Counted from the first letter of the stretch, positions 28,991-38,977 are shown. The stretch is 64,000 nt of DNA from Bacteroidales bacterium (GCA_017617445.1 JAFZWE010000014.1:82-64081), one strand, 5' to 3'. Made by a program: numbers and translations. Notes: generated by a model not told the origin, from the sequence alone.

Positions 28991-29533
28991 ATGGAAGAAA
29001 AAGATTACACGGTTGGCACGCGCATCAACCACGAAAAATATGGAGAAGGCATCATCAGCCAAAACAACACACTGACATTCAAGGCTATTTTCATCCGAGG
29101 CGGAGAGATTGAGTTCTCCAAAACGGCAGCCTCCTTCGAGGTGCTGGAACCGGGCAGCATGGATGACGGACAGCCCCGCATCAGTGTGAAGGAGTTTGAG
29201 AAAATGCTGACTTTGGTGTTAGCCAAATACAACGCCATTGAGCACACCGCCACCCTCGGCAAAAAATGGGAGGGAGGCACCATGCTCCTGCAGCCCGCCA
29301 ACCCGGAGCTCAAGCCCAAGGAGATTCCCGTGGAGACCTTCTTCCACAAGATCGTCATGATGCGCGACCGGCTGCGCGTGCTGGAACAGAACATCAACAG
29401 TCACGCCGTGCTCAGCGACGAAGAGAAAGTCAACTTGCAGCAATACATCACCCGTATCTATGGTTCCATGACCTCCTTCAACATCCTGTTTGAAGACAAG
29501 GCTGATTATTTTGAGGGAGTCAAAGGAGCATAA
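28991..29533 (+). CDS. Hypothetical protein (180 aa, soluble)
   Basis: A clean ORF with no family motif that I recognise. Confidence 0.5.
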   Translation: MEEKDYTVGTRINHEKYGEGIISQNNTLTFKAIFIRGGEIEFSKTAASFEVLEPGSMDDGQPRISVKEFEKMLTLVLAKYNAIEHTATLGKKWEGGTMLLQPANPELKPKEIPVETFFHKIVMMRDRLRVLEQNINSHAVLSDEEKVNLQQYITRIYGSMTSFNILFEDKADYFEGVKGA

Positions 29534-29593
29534 TTTTTTTATTATCAATTATTTAAAAACCATTTAAAACCTTTACAATTCAATTTCAAAAAA

Positions 29594-30064
29594 ATGATTC
29601 AACGCATTCAATCCCTACTCTTGTTGATTGCCGCCGGCATATCCGTGGCCATCACTTTTCTCACCATCGGGAATTTCAATTTTGCCAACACTGACTTTGT
29701 CTATACCGCCTTTCACATCCAGAACATGGCCACAGGCGCAACACACAGCACCTTTTATGTAGCCGGTCTCTGGTACATTTCCGCCATTCTCTCATTAGTG
29801 ACCATTTTCATGTACAAAAACCGTCCCAGCCAAGTCAAGCTGAACGGCATCAACATGTTGGTCATGCTGGGAGCACTGGTGACCATGCTCTACCTTTATC
29901 CGAATTTCATTTTTGAAAAAATGATTGCCGGCTTCAAAGAGGACATGATGATTTTCAACCACTGGGTTTTTCTGGCACTGATTCCGGCCGTGTGTCTGTT
30001 TTTCGCCAACCGCGCCATCAAAAGCGACGAGAAGAAAGTCCGCGCTGCCGACCGCCTCAGATAG
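29594..30064 (+). CDS. DUF4293-like membrane protein
   Basis: MIQRIQSLLLLIAAG..., four TM helices, 156 aa. The DUF4293 call is from memory. Confidence 0.55.
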   Translation: MIQRIQSLLLLIAAGISVAITFLTIGNFNFANTDFVYTAFHIQNMATGATHSTFYVAGLWYISAILSLVTIFMYKNRPSQVKLNGINMLVMLGALVTMLYLYPNFIFEKMIAGFKEDMMIFNHWVFLALIPAVCLFFANRAIKSDEKKVRAADRLR

Positions 30065-30073
30065 CACATCGTT

Positions 30074-30868
30074 ATGTTAGAATTCATCACCTTCGGGATT
30101 ACCGATTTAATTGACATACTGCTGTTTGCACTCCTGTTATATCAGGTGTACAAGCTTTTGCGCGGCACAGCGGCCATCCGGATTTTCTGGACGATAGCCA
30201 TCCTCTTTATTTTATGGAAGATACTGAGTGCTATGCACTTGCGATTGGTCGGAGCCATTTTGGAACAGATCATCAGCGTGGGTGTCATCGCCCTGATTGT
30301 GGTCTTTCAGCCGGAAATCCGAAAGTTCCTGCTCATCATCGGCAATGCGCGCATTGTCAAGATGTTAAAGTTCCACAAAAGGGACACCTCCGTTTCGTTT
30401 GCACCGGAGATTGACGCGGTGGTTCGTGCCTGCAGACGCATGTCCAACTCCAAGACCGGAGCTCTCATCATCTTTGAAAAAGAGACGCCGCTGGACGAAA
30501 TCATCGCCACTGGCGAAAAATTAGACGCCATCGTTTCGCGCGAGCTGATTGAGAACATCTTCTTCAAGAACAGTCCTTTGCATGACGGCGGGCTGATCAT
30601 CAAGAACCACCGCATCATGGCTGCCCGCTGCATCTTGCCCGTTTCCGACCGCGAGGACATCTCCCCCGACCTGGGTCTGCGCCATCGCGCGGCCATCGGG
30701 GTCACCGTGCTCACCGATGCTGTGGTGGTGGTGGTCTCCGAACAGACCGGCTCCATCTCCCTATGCCAGGGTGGCGAAATCACCCACAGCATCTCCCCCG
30801 TGGTGCTTGAAACCCAGCTGAAAGACATCTTCATGAATGAGAAGAAAGAGGAAGATGAGAAAAAATAA
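30074..30868 (+). CDS. cdaA: Diadenylate cyclase (c-di-AMP synthase, CdaA type)
   Basis: Three N-terminal TM helices, then GALIIFE, SPLHDGGLII, GLRHRAAIG, VVVSEQTGSISL. Confidence 0.9.
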   Translation: MLEFITFGITDLIDILLFALLLYQVYKLLRGTAAIRIFWTIAILFILWKILSAMHLRLVGAILEQIISVGVIALIVVFQPEIRKFLLIIGNARIVKMLKFHKRDTSVSFAPEIDAVVRACRRMSNSKTGALIIFEKETPLDEIIATGEKLDAIVSRELIENIFFKNSPLHDGGLIIKNHRIMAARCILPVSDREDISPDLGLRHRAAIGVTVLTDAVVVVVSEQTGSISLCQGGEITHSISPVVLETQLKDIFMNEKKEEDEKK

Positions 30869-30890
30869 AACCACATAACCCCAAATAAAA

Positions 30891-32096
30891 ATGAAAAAAA
30901 TCCTCACACTGATGCTTTTAGCCGCCCTGTTCCTGCATGTTCAGGCCAATGACGGGGTATTTTACGCCTCTGGCAACCATCTGGTTCCCATCATGGAAAC
31001 AGACATTTCCGTCACCAAGGAGGTACTGACCATCACCCGCGAGGGGGATTACGCCATCGTGGATGTGTATTATGAGTTTTTCAATCCCAAAGGCGCAAAG
31101 GAACTGCTGGTGGGCTTTGAAGCCCCTCCCCCCTACAACTCCTCTGCGGAGTTAGACGAACTCCTGAAAAAAAATCCTTATATCCAGGATTTTACCGCCC
31201 AAATCAATGAAGAGAAGTTGAGATACCAAATCGCCATCGTCGTACCTGACAGTAACTACTACCAAAACGGCCAATTCATCCATCCAGATTCCAAAGAAAT
31301 TAAAGAATATTACGATGAATCCGGTATGTTTGAAGGCACCTATGTTTACTATTTCACAGCAAAATTCAAACCCGGGAAGAACATCATCCGCCATCGCTAC
31401 AAATGCAGACTCTCCATGGTAAACGGAATCCCCTGGCAGTTTTTCTACACGCTCACCGCAGCCAACCGCTGGGCCAACCGACAAATTGACGACTTCACGC
31501 TGAACATCGACATGGGCGAACACACGACATTTGAGATTCCCAACACCTTTTTCACCTCCATGGATGGATGGACCATGACTGGGAAAGGCCGCGACACACT
31601 GCTCCAGTCCTCCTGGTATTGGGAATCACCCTCCCGCGCCATTTTCCACATGCAAAAAGGAGGGATCTCCTTTCACAAAAAGAACTTTCATCCGGAAGGA
31701 GAACTCACCATTGAGGAAGACAACCATTTTTGGGAACTTTTCGATGACGAAAAAAACAGCACGACTGACACGACTACCATCCTGTTAGACTATATCCGCT
31801 TGAAATACTTCTGTCTCAACTGTACTTCGAGCTGGCCGGGATTTAACCATGTTCTTGACGTCATGACCAACCATGACAGTGAAGAGTGGGACCCCTATTC
31901 ACCCGAAGAATTTTCACAGGAGATGCGGAAAATTCTCAAAAACCTTCCCTTTGCCTATCGGGGATATGTGTTTAAAAACAAGCAACTTCAACAGTATTTT
32001 GAATCCACCCAATGGTATGTTCCCAATCCGGCATACGACGGGTCCCAATCCGACTTCAGCAAAGAGGAAGTCCAATGGGTGGAATTCTGGAAATAA
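30891..32096 (+). CDS. Secreted YARHG-domain protein
   Basis: A signal peptide, plus LPFAYRGYVFKNKQLQQYFESTQWYVPNP (YARHG) near the C-terminus. Confidence 0.7.
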   Translation: MKKILTLMLLAALFLHVQANDGVFYASGNHLVPIMETDISVTKEVLTITREGDYAIVDVYYEFFNPKGAKELLVGFEAPPPYNSSAELDELLKKNPYIQDFTAQINEEKLRYQIAIVVPDSNYYQNGQFIHPDSKEIKEYYDESGMFEGTYVYYFTAKFKPGKNIIRHRYKCRLSMVNGIPWQFFYTLTAANRWANRQIDDFTLNIDMGEHTTFEIPNTFFTSMDGWTMTGKGRDTLLQSSWYWESPSRAIFHMQKGGISFHKKNFHPEGELTIEEDNHFWELFDDEKNSTTDTTTILLDYIRLKYFCLNCTSSWPGFNHVLDVMTNHDSEEWDPYSPEEFSQEMRKILKNLPFAYRGYVFKNKQLQQYFESTQWYVPNPAYDGSQSDFSKEEVQWVEFWK

Positions 32097-32105
32097 GTGG
32101 GAAAC

Positions 32106-33134
32106 ATGAACGACAATCTGGATCCATCAAAAAAGCGGCTTTCAGCTGCGGAAAAAGAGTTTGAGAGAGCCATCCGTCCGGCGGATTTCCGCAATTTCTA
32201 CGGGCAGGAGAAAGTGATTGAGAACATCATTGTCTTTGTGCAGGCGGCCCGTGCGCGGGGCGAGGCTCTGGACCATGTGCTGCTCTACGGCCCTCCCGGA
32301 CTGGGAAAAACCACGCTGTCGCACATCATTGCCAACGAGATGGGGGTGAACCTGCGCGTCACCTCGGGACCTGTCATCGACAAGCCCGGCGACCTGGCCG
32401 GGCTGCTCACCAATTTGGAGCCCAACGATGTGCTTTTCATTGACGAGATCCACCGTCTGTCGCCCGTGGTGGAGGAATACCTCTATTCCGCCATGGAAGA
32501 CTACAAGATTGACATCATGATAGAGACCGGACCGAGTGCGCGAAGTGTGGAAATTGCGCTGAATCCCTTCACGTTGGTGGGGGCCACCACCCGGTCAGGA
32601 CTGTTGACTGCCCCGTTGCGCTCTCGTTTCGGCATCAACTTGCGTCTGCAATACTATGATGCACAAACCCTGGCGAAAATCCTGAAACGTTCCGCCGGCA
32701 TATTGAAGATAGAGCTCTATGACGATGCCGCTCTGGAGATTGCCAGCCGGAGCCGGGGCACCCCGCGTATTGCCAACCTGCTGCTCCGCCGCGTGCGTGA
32801 TTTCGCCCAAATCAAGGGCAATGGCGTGATTGACTCCCACATTGCACAAATCGCATTAGAGGCGCTCAATGTGGACCAGCACGGATTGGACGAGATGGAC
32901 AACCGCATTTTGAGCACCATCATCGACAAGTTCAAGGGCGGTCCGGTGGGACTGACCACCATCGCCACGTCTGTGGGCGAGGATGCCGGCACCGTGGAGG
33001 AGGTTTACGAGCCGTTCCTCATCCAGGAGGGATACCTGATGCGCACTCCGCGCGGGAGGGAGGCCACCGACTTGGCCTACCAGCACCTGGGCAAAAGCCG
33101 CTTCATCGTCAACGGACAGCCAGAACTGTTCTAA
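32106..33134 (+). CDS. ruvB: Holliday junction branch migration helicase RuvB
   Basis: [43 protein letters not shown] chose the start at ATG 32106; the track start at 32097 is a GTG. Confidence 0.95.
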   Translation: MNDNLDPSKKRLSAAEKEFERAIRPADFRNFYGQEKVIENIIVFVQAARARGEALDHVLLYGPPGLGKTTLSHIIANEMGVNLRVTSGPVIDKPGDLAGLLTNLEPNDVLFIDEIHRLSPVVEEYLYSAMEDYKIDIMIETGPSARSVEIALNPFTLVGATTRSGLLTAPLRSRFGINLRLQYYDAQTLAKILKRSAGILKIELYDDAALEIASRSRGTPRIANLLLRRVRDFAQIKGNGVIDSHIAQIALEALNVDQHGLDEMDNRILSTIIDKFKGGPVGLTTIATSVGEDAGTVEEVYEPFLIQEGYLMRTPRGREATDLAYQHLGKSRFIVNGQPELF

Positions 33135-33138
33135 AAGT

Positions 33139-33522
33139 TTACAGCACGTTCAGCAGGTTCCGCAACAACCACCATAGCACCATCAGGATCAAGTAGATCC
33201 CCACCACGGCGGAACTGCTTAAAAAATTCCGCAACCGCACACACCTGTGAGGTGGCACGAACCACATCACACCCGCGAGCGCCACGGCATACGGAATGGA
33301 AAGAATCATGAACACATTATATCCCAATGCTTTGCAGAACTGTCCATGCAACAGGCAATGGAAAGCCCTTTGGGTGCCACAAGCCGGGCAATCCCAACCG
33401 GTCAACCAATGGAAAAGGCACTGGGGCACCCATGGCGTTTGCTCCGGATTAAAGAAAAAAAGAACCGTTCCCACAATCAAAAGGGCAACGGTTCCTATGA
33501 CAGCAATGTATATAGGTTTCAC
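33139..33522 (-). CDS. DUF2752 membrane protein
   Basis: Four-Cys motif (CLFHWLTGWDCPACGTQRAFHCLLHG) plus TM helices. Confidence 0.7.
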   Translation of the reverse strand: MKPIYIAVIGTVALLIVGTVLFFFNPEQTPWVPQCLFHWLTGWDCPACGTQRAFHCLLHGQFCKALGYNVFMILSIPYAVALAGVMWFVPPHRCVRLRNFLSSSAVVGIYLILMVLWWLLRNLLNVL

Positions 33523-33545
33523 TCTTATATCTGGAATCCAGTACG

Positions 33546-34214
33546 TTATAAAGCAAACATCGCAGCGCCTGTCACCACATAAAAAATGACGTTAATAACG
33601 ATGCTCAGCAATCCCAGGAAGAATCCCCACCAGAACCAGTTGCGGGCCTTTCGGGCGGACTCTTTTGCACCGGCATAATTTCCTGCCTCCCATTGTCCAT
33701 TCACCTTTGAGGCATGCACAATGGAGACGATACCAAAGGGAAGACAGCAGAAAATGGTACACAGGATGGCTCCTGTCAAATAGCTGTTGGGCTTGCCTCC
33801 CGGAGGCGGGGTCTGGTAACTGCCGGCATAGGGAGCCTGATAACCCCTTGAAGGAGAATTCTGATAGCCGCCAGGGGTGCCGTAATTGGGAGAACCCTGT
33901 GGCGGGGGCGTGCTACTTGCATAGTTCGGTGAAATGTCCGGGCCGGAGAAGTTCACCACCGTAGCCGAGGCAATGCCGAAATAATCACACCAGGGGAGCG
34001 TAGAATTGCCTATTCGGACCACATCTGATGGTTTCAACTGCATCCTTTCCCGGCACAGCGTACCGTTCACGTACGTGCCGTTAGTGGAATTATTGTCCGT
34101 GATAAAGACATTGCCGTAATTGTCTTGTTCCATTTGGCAATGACTGCCCGATACGGTGGGGTCATTAATTACCACATCATTATGCGAGCCTCGCCCGATG
34201 CGCAAAATCCTCAT
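33546..34214 (-). CDS. FHA domain protein fused to a P/G/Y-rich linker and a CD225/dispanin-type membrane domain
   Basis: FHA: RIGRGSHNDVVINDPTVSGSHCQ...STNGTYVNG...VRIGNSTLPW. Linker: PPPQGSPNYGTPGGYQNSPSRGYQAPYAGSYQTPPPGG. CD225-like: YLTGAILCTIFCCLPFGIVSIVHASKV. Confidence 0.8.
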   Translation of the reverse strand: MRILRIGRGSHNDVVINDPTVSGSHCQMEQDNYGNVFITDNNSTNGTYVNGTLCRERMQLKPSDVVRIGNSTLPWCDYFGIASATVVNFSGPDISPNYASSTPPPQGSPNYGTPGGYQNSPSRGYQAPYAGSYQTPPPGGKPNSYLTGAILCTIFCCLPFGIVSIVHASKVNGQWEAGNYAGAKESARKARNWFWWGFFLGLLSIVINVIFYVVTGAAMFAL

Positions 34215-34275
34215 ATTTCAAAATGTTATTTGGTTGTAAAAAATTTAAGCGTGGCAAACCTTAGATTTACGGCAG

Positions 34276-34283
34276 CAAAAATA
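34276..34283 (-). promoter_or_regulatory. -7 box TATTTTTG for the FHA-CD225 / DUF2752 pair
   Basis: Matches TAnnTTTG in the 79-nt gap between the MORN gene stop (34294) and ATG 34214. Confidence 0.55.
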
Positions 34284-34293
34284 CAAAATTTAA

Positions 34294-36039
34294 TCAATTT
34301 ACAATATTATCATTTTGCCACTGCTGATTCTCCCTTTTCCCGTTTGCGTAATACATTATTCCCGTTCCATCCCGCACACCGTTCTTGAACTGGCCCTCAT
34401 ACCTGTCGCCATTGGCGAAATAATAGACGCCCTGCCCTTCCTTTTTCCCTGACCTGAACTGACCCTCATATCTGTCGCCATCAGCATAATACAAAACTCC
34501 ATAGCCCTCCCTGGCCCCGTTATTGAAATCCCCTGCATACCAGTTTCCAGAAGACCAATAAAACCTCCCGTGGCCCGTACGCATATTCATAAAGAAATCC
34601 CCCTCATACCGGTCGCCATCAGGCCAATAATACGTACCTGTTCCATGTTGAAGACCGTTCTGGAATTGTCCCTGGTACCACTCCCCATTCACCCAATACA
34701 TGGTTCCATAGCCCGATATCTCATCCTCCACAAATTCTCCCTCATACACTCTTCCATCAGCATAATATAGTACACCCTTGCCCTCTTGAAGATCCTCACT
34801 GAATTGTCCCTCGTACCTGCTTCCATCAGCGAAGTGATAAGTTCCCTGTCCGTACATCATATCGTCCTGGAATTGTCCTTCAGACCAATCCCCATTGGCA
34901 AAGTGGAAGGCTCCTTGGCCGTTTAACTTGCCATGTTCATAGTGTCCCTCCGACCAATCCCCATCAAACCAATAGAACCTGCCTTCACCTTCCATGTTTC
35001 CCTGATTAAAATCGCCCTCATACCGGTTTCCGTTTCTAAAGTAATATGTTCCCTCACCCTGCGGAAGGCCATCTTTGAGCAGTCCCACATATTGATCTCC
35101 CGATGCATAAAAAAAAGTTCCCTGTCCGATGGGGTGACCATCTTCAAAATGTCCCACATATTGGTCACCGTTGGCAAAATAGAACGTACCCTGCCCGTTA
35201 GGCACACCATTCCTGAATTGTCCCACATAACTGTCACCATTGGGAAAAGAGCACGTGTCTCTCACTTCTCCTCCAGCCTGTTCAACATGAATGGTACGGG
35301 TTGTTCCCTTCCTTGACACCTGCACATCCGCATTTCTTGTTTGTGCGCGGTTGTTGGGCGAGCAGGAAATCAACAGCTGACCATTCTGTTTGGAAAGGAT
35401 AATCCAATTGGCGGAAGTTTTGCAATTCTCCCTTTTCCAAAAGAAATTGGCGGTCACACTCACCTGCTGGCTACCGCCAGTACCGGCAAAGGAGAGGAAT
35501 TCCGGATGGACATCCAGTTCAGTCCGTCCTTCCTGTTGCGTAATCACGAATCCTCCTGTTTCATTTTTTTGGGTTTTTAGCACCACCCTTCCCTTTCTAC
35601 TGTCTGCCGTCGGGTTGGCACTGACCCTGAAAGTAATCTTCTTTTCCTTCAAATCCTTATTCACCACCTCCAACCATGAAGGTGTGCTGGCCACATACCA
35701 TGCTGTCGGAGCCTTGCTAAAGCTAACCTCAAGCATCCCTTCCTCGGCAGAGCAATGCAAATCAGTGGCCGCCAGTTTAAATACATTAATTTTGTTTCTG
35801 CACTCCTCGCATTCAAGTTTTGCCCTCGGATCATACGCTGCCTCCTTGCAATCTTTAAAGAGTTTTTCATACCATGTCACTGCATTATTATACTCTTTTT
35901 TTTCTTTGCATTCCCTGGCGCTTTGTAATATCAGATTACAATCGGACTGTGCCATAGCAGTTCCCATTGTTCCCCACGTCCCCCAAAAGAGAATCAGGAG
36001 AGCGCCCACCCACATTGAACACTTATTTTTATTCATCAC
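34294..36039 (-). CDS. Exported protein with two BACON-like domains and 13 MORN repeats
   Basis: Signal peptide MWVGALLILFWGTWGTMGTAMAQ. BACON-like: WYVASTPSWLEVV...RVSANPTADSRKGRVVLKT and ANWIILS...CSPNNRAQTRNADVQV. There are thirteen Y.G.F..G...G.G.(Y/F)...G(D/N) units. Its ATG overlaps the kinase stop (ATGA). Confidence 0.8.
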   Translation of the reverse strand: MMNKNKCSMWVGALLILFWGTWGTMGTAMAQSDCNLILQSARECKEKKEYNNAVTWYEKLFKDCKEAAYDPRAKLECEECRNKINVFKLAATDLHCSAEEGMLEVSFSKAPTAWYVASTPSWLEVVNKDLKEKKITFRVSANPTADSRKGRVVLKTQKNETGGFVITQQEGRTELDVHPEFLSFAGTGGSQQVSVTANFFWKRENCKTSANWIILSKQNGQLLISCSPNNRAQTRNADVQVSRKGTTRTIHVEQAGGEVRDTCSFPNGDSYVGQFRNGVPNGQGTFYFANGDQYVGHFEDGHPIGQGTFFYASGDQYVGLLKDGLPQGEGTYYFRNGNRYEGDFNQGNMEGEGRFYWFDGDWSEGHYEHGKLNGQGAFHFANGDWSEGQFQDDMMYGQGTYHFADGSRYEGQFSEDLQEGKGVLYYADGRVYEGEFVEDEISGYGTMYWVNGEWYQGQFQNGLQHGTGTYYWPDGDRYEGDFFMNMRTGHGRFYWSSGNWYAGDFNNGAREGYGVLYYADGDRYEGQFRSGKKEGQGVYYFANGDRYEGQFKNGVRDGTGIMYYANGKRENQQWQNDNIVN

Positions 36040-37538
36040 TTTTGACTGTTATCCATTTTTGCAGATGGTTTCATTTTCACTTGCGAAACACTTTGTGGAG
36101 AAATCTGTTCCAGTATTCTGCTGATCACAAATTCTTTTTTGCACAACGTATCAAAGAATGGTCCCTCACCCAATCCTTTTGAATTCAAATCCTCAATTTC
36201 CATTACGATTTTGCTTTTCTCATCCTTTATTTTTTGTGTATAGAGTGCGATTCTTTTTTCCAAGCCGTATTCGTTCCCCGTCTTGCTGAATAAATCATCT
36301 TTTTCTATATTTTCAATTTCCTTCAATCGATCCATTGCCTCTATGACATGGGTTGGATTGGTCATATCGTTGGAAATATTTATTCTATTCACATGAAAAT
36401 CAAATTCCCTGATCGCTTTATCATACGTGCTGTCCAATTCGTGGATTTTCTTCTCCTGTTTTCTCATTTCAGCTTCTACCTTCTGCTGATGCTGTTTCAC
36501 ATTCATAAAAATAGCGATTGACAGCCCGGAAATCACCGCAACAGCAACAGCAATCACCCACCATATCCACTTCTTGTTCTTTCTAACCACCACAATGGAT
36601 TTGCTCCCGATGGTTTCGTCCACCAGTTCAGAAGGACGGATATTGCGCAGGTCATCCATAAAGTCCTTCACGGTCTGATGGCGGTTTTCAGCCTTCAGTT
36701 GCATGGCTTTCAGGATGGTGCGGTTCATTTCCTCCGGGATATTCGGGTTAAGCTCCCTGGGTTCAGGCATTCGCTCTGTCATTCGGGCTGCGGCCTCCAG
36801 CGGCACACGCCCGGTGAGAACGAAATAGAGGGTGGCCCCGATGGAATAAATGTCAGTATAGGAACCCTTGCGGCTGTTGGCCGTGTACTGTTCGGTAGGC
36901 GCATAGCCGTGTGTGAGCATGGCGGTGTGCATCTGGGTCTTGTCGTGTTCAAATTCGCGAGCAGAACCGAAGTCAATGAGAATGGCTTTGTAGTCATCGG
37001 TAATCATGATGTTTTCGGGCTTGATATCGCGATGCAGGATGTTCCGTTCGTGAATATAGCCCACAGCATTTGTGATCTGCGCCAGATAGTTCACTGCCTC
37101 GGAATATGAAAGCGGACCTTTTTTTTCCACAGTATTCTGCAAAGTACACCCCTCAATGAATGGCATGACCATGTAGGATGTGTTATTCTCGTCAAAAACA
37201 TCAATCACCTCCACAATGTTGGGGTGATGGAGAGCTGCCAGCGTTTTGGCCTCTCGCACAAAAGCCTCGCGGTACTTCTCAAACATCTCCTTGCTGATCC
37301 CCTGCAGCTGCACGGTACGGGCTTGTGTGTTGCGCACGCATCTTCCAGCCAAAAAAAACTCCTTAATACAAACGGAACGATTAAGACCTTGTTGTACAGC
37401 CCTATAAGTAATACCGAAGCCTCCCTCCCCTATCTTTTTTTCAATGATGTATTTGCCGCCATATAATTCCGTACCTGACGGCAACTCTTTCTGATTGTGG
37501 GATGTTTCTATTTCTGACATATCGTTTTGCATTATCAT
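36036..37538 (-). CDS. Hanks-type Ser/Thr protein kinase with a TM helix and a helical C-terminal domain
   Basis: GEGGFGITY, VCIKEF, HRDIKPENIM, DFGSA, YAPTEQ. TM helix: WIWWVIAVAVAVISGLSIAIF. Confidence 0.9.
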   Translation of the reverse strand: MIMQNDMSEIETSHNQKELPSGTELYGGKYIIEKKIGEGGFGITYRAVQQGLNRSVCIKEFFLAGRCVRNTQARTVQLQGISKEMFEKYREAFVREAKTLAALHHPNIVEVIDVFDENNTSYMVMPFIEGCTLQNTVEKKGPLSYSEAVNYLAQITNAVGYIHERNILHRDIKPENIMITDDYKAILIDFGSAREFEHDKTQMHTAMLTHGYAPTEQYTANSRKGSYTDIYSIGATLYFVLTGRVPLEAAARMTERMPEPRELNPNIPEEMNRTILKAMQLKAENRHQTVKDFMDDLRNIRPSELVDETIGSKSIVVVRKNKKWIWWVIAVAVAVISGLSIAIFMNVKQHQQKVEAEMRKQEKKIHELDSTYDKAIREFDFHVNRINISNDMTNPTHVIEAMDRLKEIENIEKDDLFSKTGNEYGLEKRIALYTQKIKDEKSKIVMEIEDLNSKGLGEGPFFDTLCKKEFVISRILEQISPQSVSQVKMKPSAKMDNSQK

Positions 37539-37578
37539 TATTTCTTCTATGATGACAGCAGTTCACTGCTGTTAAAAT

Positions 37579-38127
37579 TCATTTTAGGGATATTTCAACT
37601 TCAGAGAAGACCAGGCATGTATCCACTGTATTTTGCTCTCCCTGCGTCTCTGCTTGTTCGCAGTCTGGCTCCTCCTGGGTGCACTTCTCCACTGAAGAGG
37701 GGGGCAGGGCACTCTCATCGTGTTGTGTCCATGCGAACACCAGCGCGCTGCCAATAGCCAACACGCCGATGATTCCCAGCACGAGGGGTAGAATGTACAT
37801 GCGCTGACGGAACAGGCGCCGCTTAAAAAAACAGCGTTTCCTTGGTGCATTTTCCACAATATCCGTTATCGGAATCGGGGCAACATTCCCGAAATACCTC
37901 CTCCAAGGCAATGTGGTATTGCCAATCCTGACAATATCGTTCACATTCAGCACCGTCGGGCCTTTGATGAGGTTTCCATTGACATAGGTACCATTGGCGC
38001 TCCCCAAATCCACGATGTTAAAAGTATCTCTGTCTATTTGCGCAATCTGACAATGATGTCTGCTCACTGTATCGTCATTGATGTCAACATCATTCTGCGC
38101 ACCCCTTCCGATTGTCACTACCTTCAT
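37579..38127 (-). CDS. FHA domain protein with a TM helix and a short Cys-containing acidic tail
   Basis: TIGRGAQNDVDINDDTVSRHHCQ...SANGTYVNG...VRIGNTTLPWRRYF. TM helix: MYILPLVLGIIGVLAIGSALVFAW. Confidence 0.85.
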   Translation of the reverse strand: MKVVTIGRGAQNDVDINDDTVSRHHCQIAQIDRDTFNIVDLGSANGTYVNGNLIKGPTVLNVNDIVRIGNTTLPWRRYFGNVAPIPITDIVENAPRKRCFFKRRLFRQRMYILPLVLGIIGVLAIGSALVFAWTQHDESALPPSSVEKCTQEEPDCEQAETQGEQNTVDTCLVFSEVEISLK

Positions 38128-38128
38128 T

Positions 38129-38977
38129 TTAATATTTTTTTGACTTCATGAAACCTTTGATTGCAGAAGCGAATTCTTCGCACGACTGGTACCGTGAAGA
38201 GGGATTCTTAGCCAAAGCCCGTTCCACAATTTGCTGCAATTCATTGCTAATCATAGGATAATACTGGATCATAGGCGGGACGGGGGCGTATTTGATCTTA
38301 TGTCTGATTTCAGCCAGATTTTGTCGCGGATTGGGATTGTCGGACGTGAACGGAAGATGGCCTGTAAGCATTTCAAACAGCATGATTCCCAAGGCGAAGA
38401 TGTCTGTGTACTTGCCCACCTGACCTTTTTCCGCTTGCTCTGCCGGCATGTAGGCAGGCGTGCCGAAGCCGGTGCTGCTCGTGGCCTCCGAGATACGCGA
38501 GGCAATTCCCAAATCAATGAGTTTCAAATTGCCATCGGACTGTATCATGACATTGTTGGATTTGATGTCCAAGTGCAGGACTCCCTTTCTGTGGAGGTAA
38601 CCCACCGTGTCCAGAATTTTCAGGAACATGGGCAGTGCCCTCTGTTCCGGAATCAGCCCTATTTCCCTGTAAATGAAATATTCAAGGCTCCTTCCTTCTA
38701 CAAACTCCATGACAATGAACAATTGTTCAGTCTCTTTCATGTCAATGAAGTCCACCAGCTTAGGAATATTGGGGTGCTGCATGTACAGGTACATTTGAGC
38801 CTCCATCTCCTTGAATTTCTGTTTGATGACAGGATTTTTAAAATGTCTTATTTTCAATTCCTTGATAGCCACCGGATAGCCGCTCCGCAAATCCTTTCCC
38901 AGATAAACCCTGGCGGTCCCTCCTTCGGCTATCAGTTGTTCAACACGGTACCATGGGATTCTCGGTAAATTTTCCAT
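38129..38977 (-). CDS. Soluble Ser/Thr kinase-domain protein with an atypical HLD catalytic loop and a DLG motif
   Basis: AEGGTARVY, VAIKEL, HLDIKSNNVM, DLGIA, PAYMPAEQ. It is 282 aa with no TM helix. Confidence 0.85.
   Translation of the reverse strand: MENLPRIPWYRVEQLIAEGGTARVYLGKDLRSGYPVAIKELKIRHFKNPVIKQKFKEMEAQMYLYMQHPNIPKLVDFIDMKETEQLFIVMEFVEGRSLEYFIYREIGLIPEQRALPMFLKILDTVGYLHRKGVLHLDIKSNNVMIQSDGNLKLIDLGIASRISEATSSTGFGTPAYMPAEQAEKGQVGKYTDIFALGIMLFEMLTGHLPFTSDNPNPRQNLAEIRHKIKYAPVPPMIQYYPMISNELQQIVERALAKNPSSRYQSCEEFASAIKGFMKSKKY

Noticed and set aside
30074-30868. cdaA lacking its usual cdaR/glmM partners as an anomaly
   Set aside because: This is probably normal for Bacteroidota. A YbbR-like gene is present elsewhere in the window (9419..9871), in the nusB-yajC operon. 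Nothing in the sequence itself is unusual.
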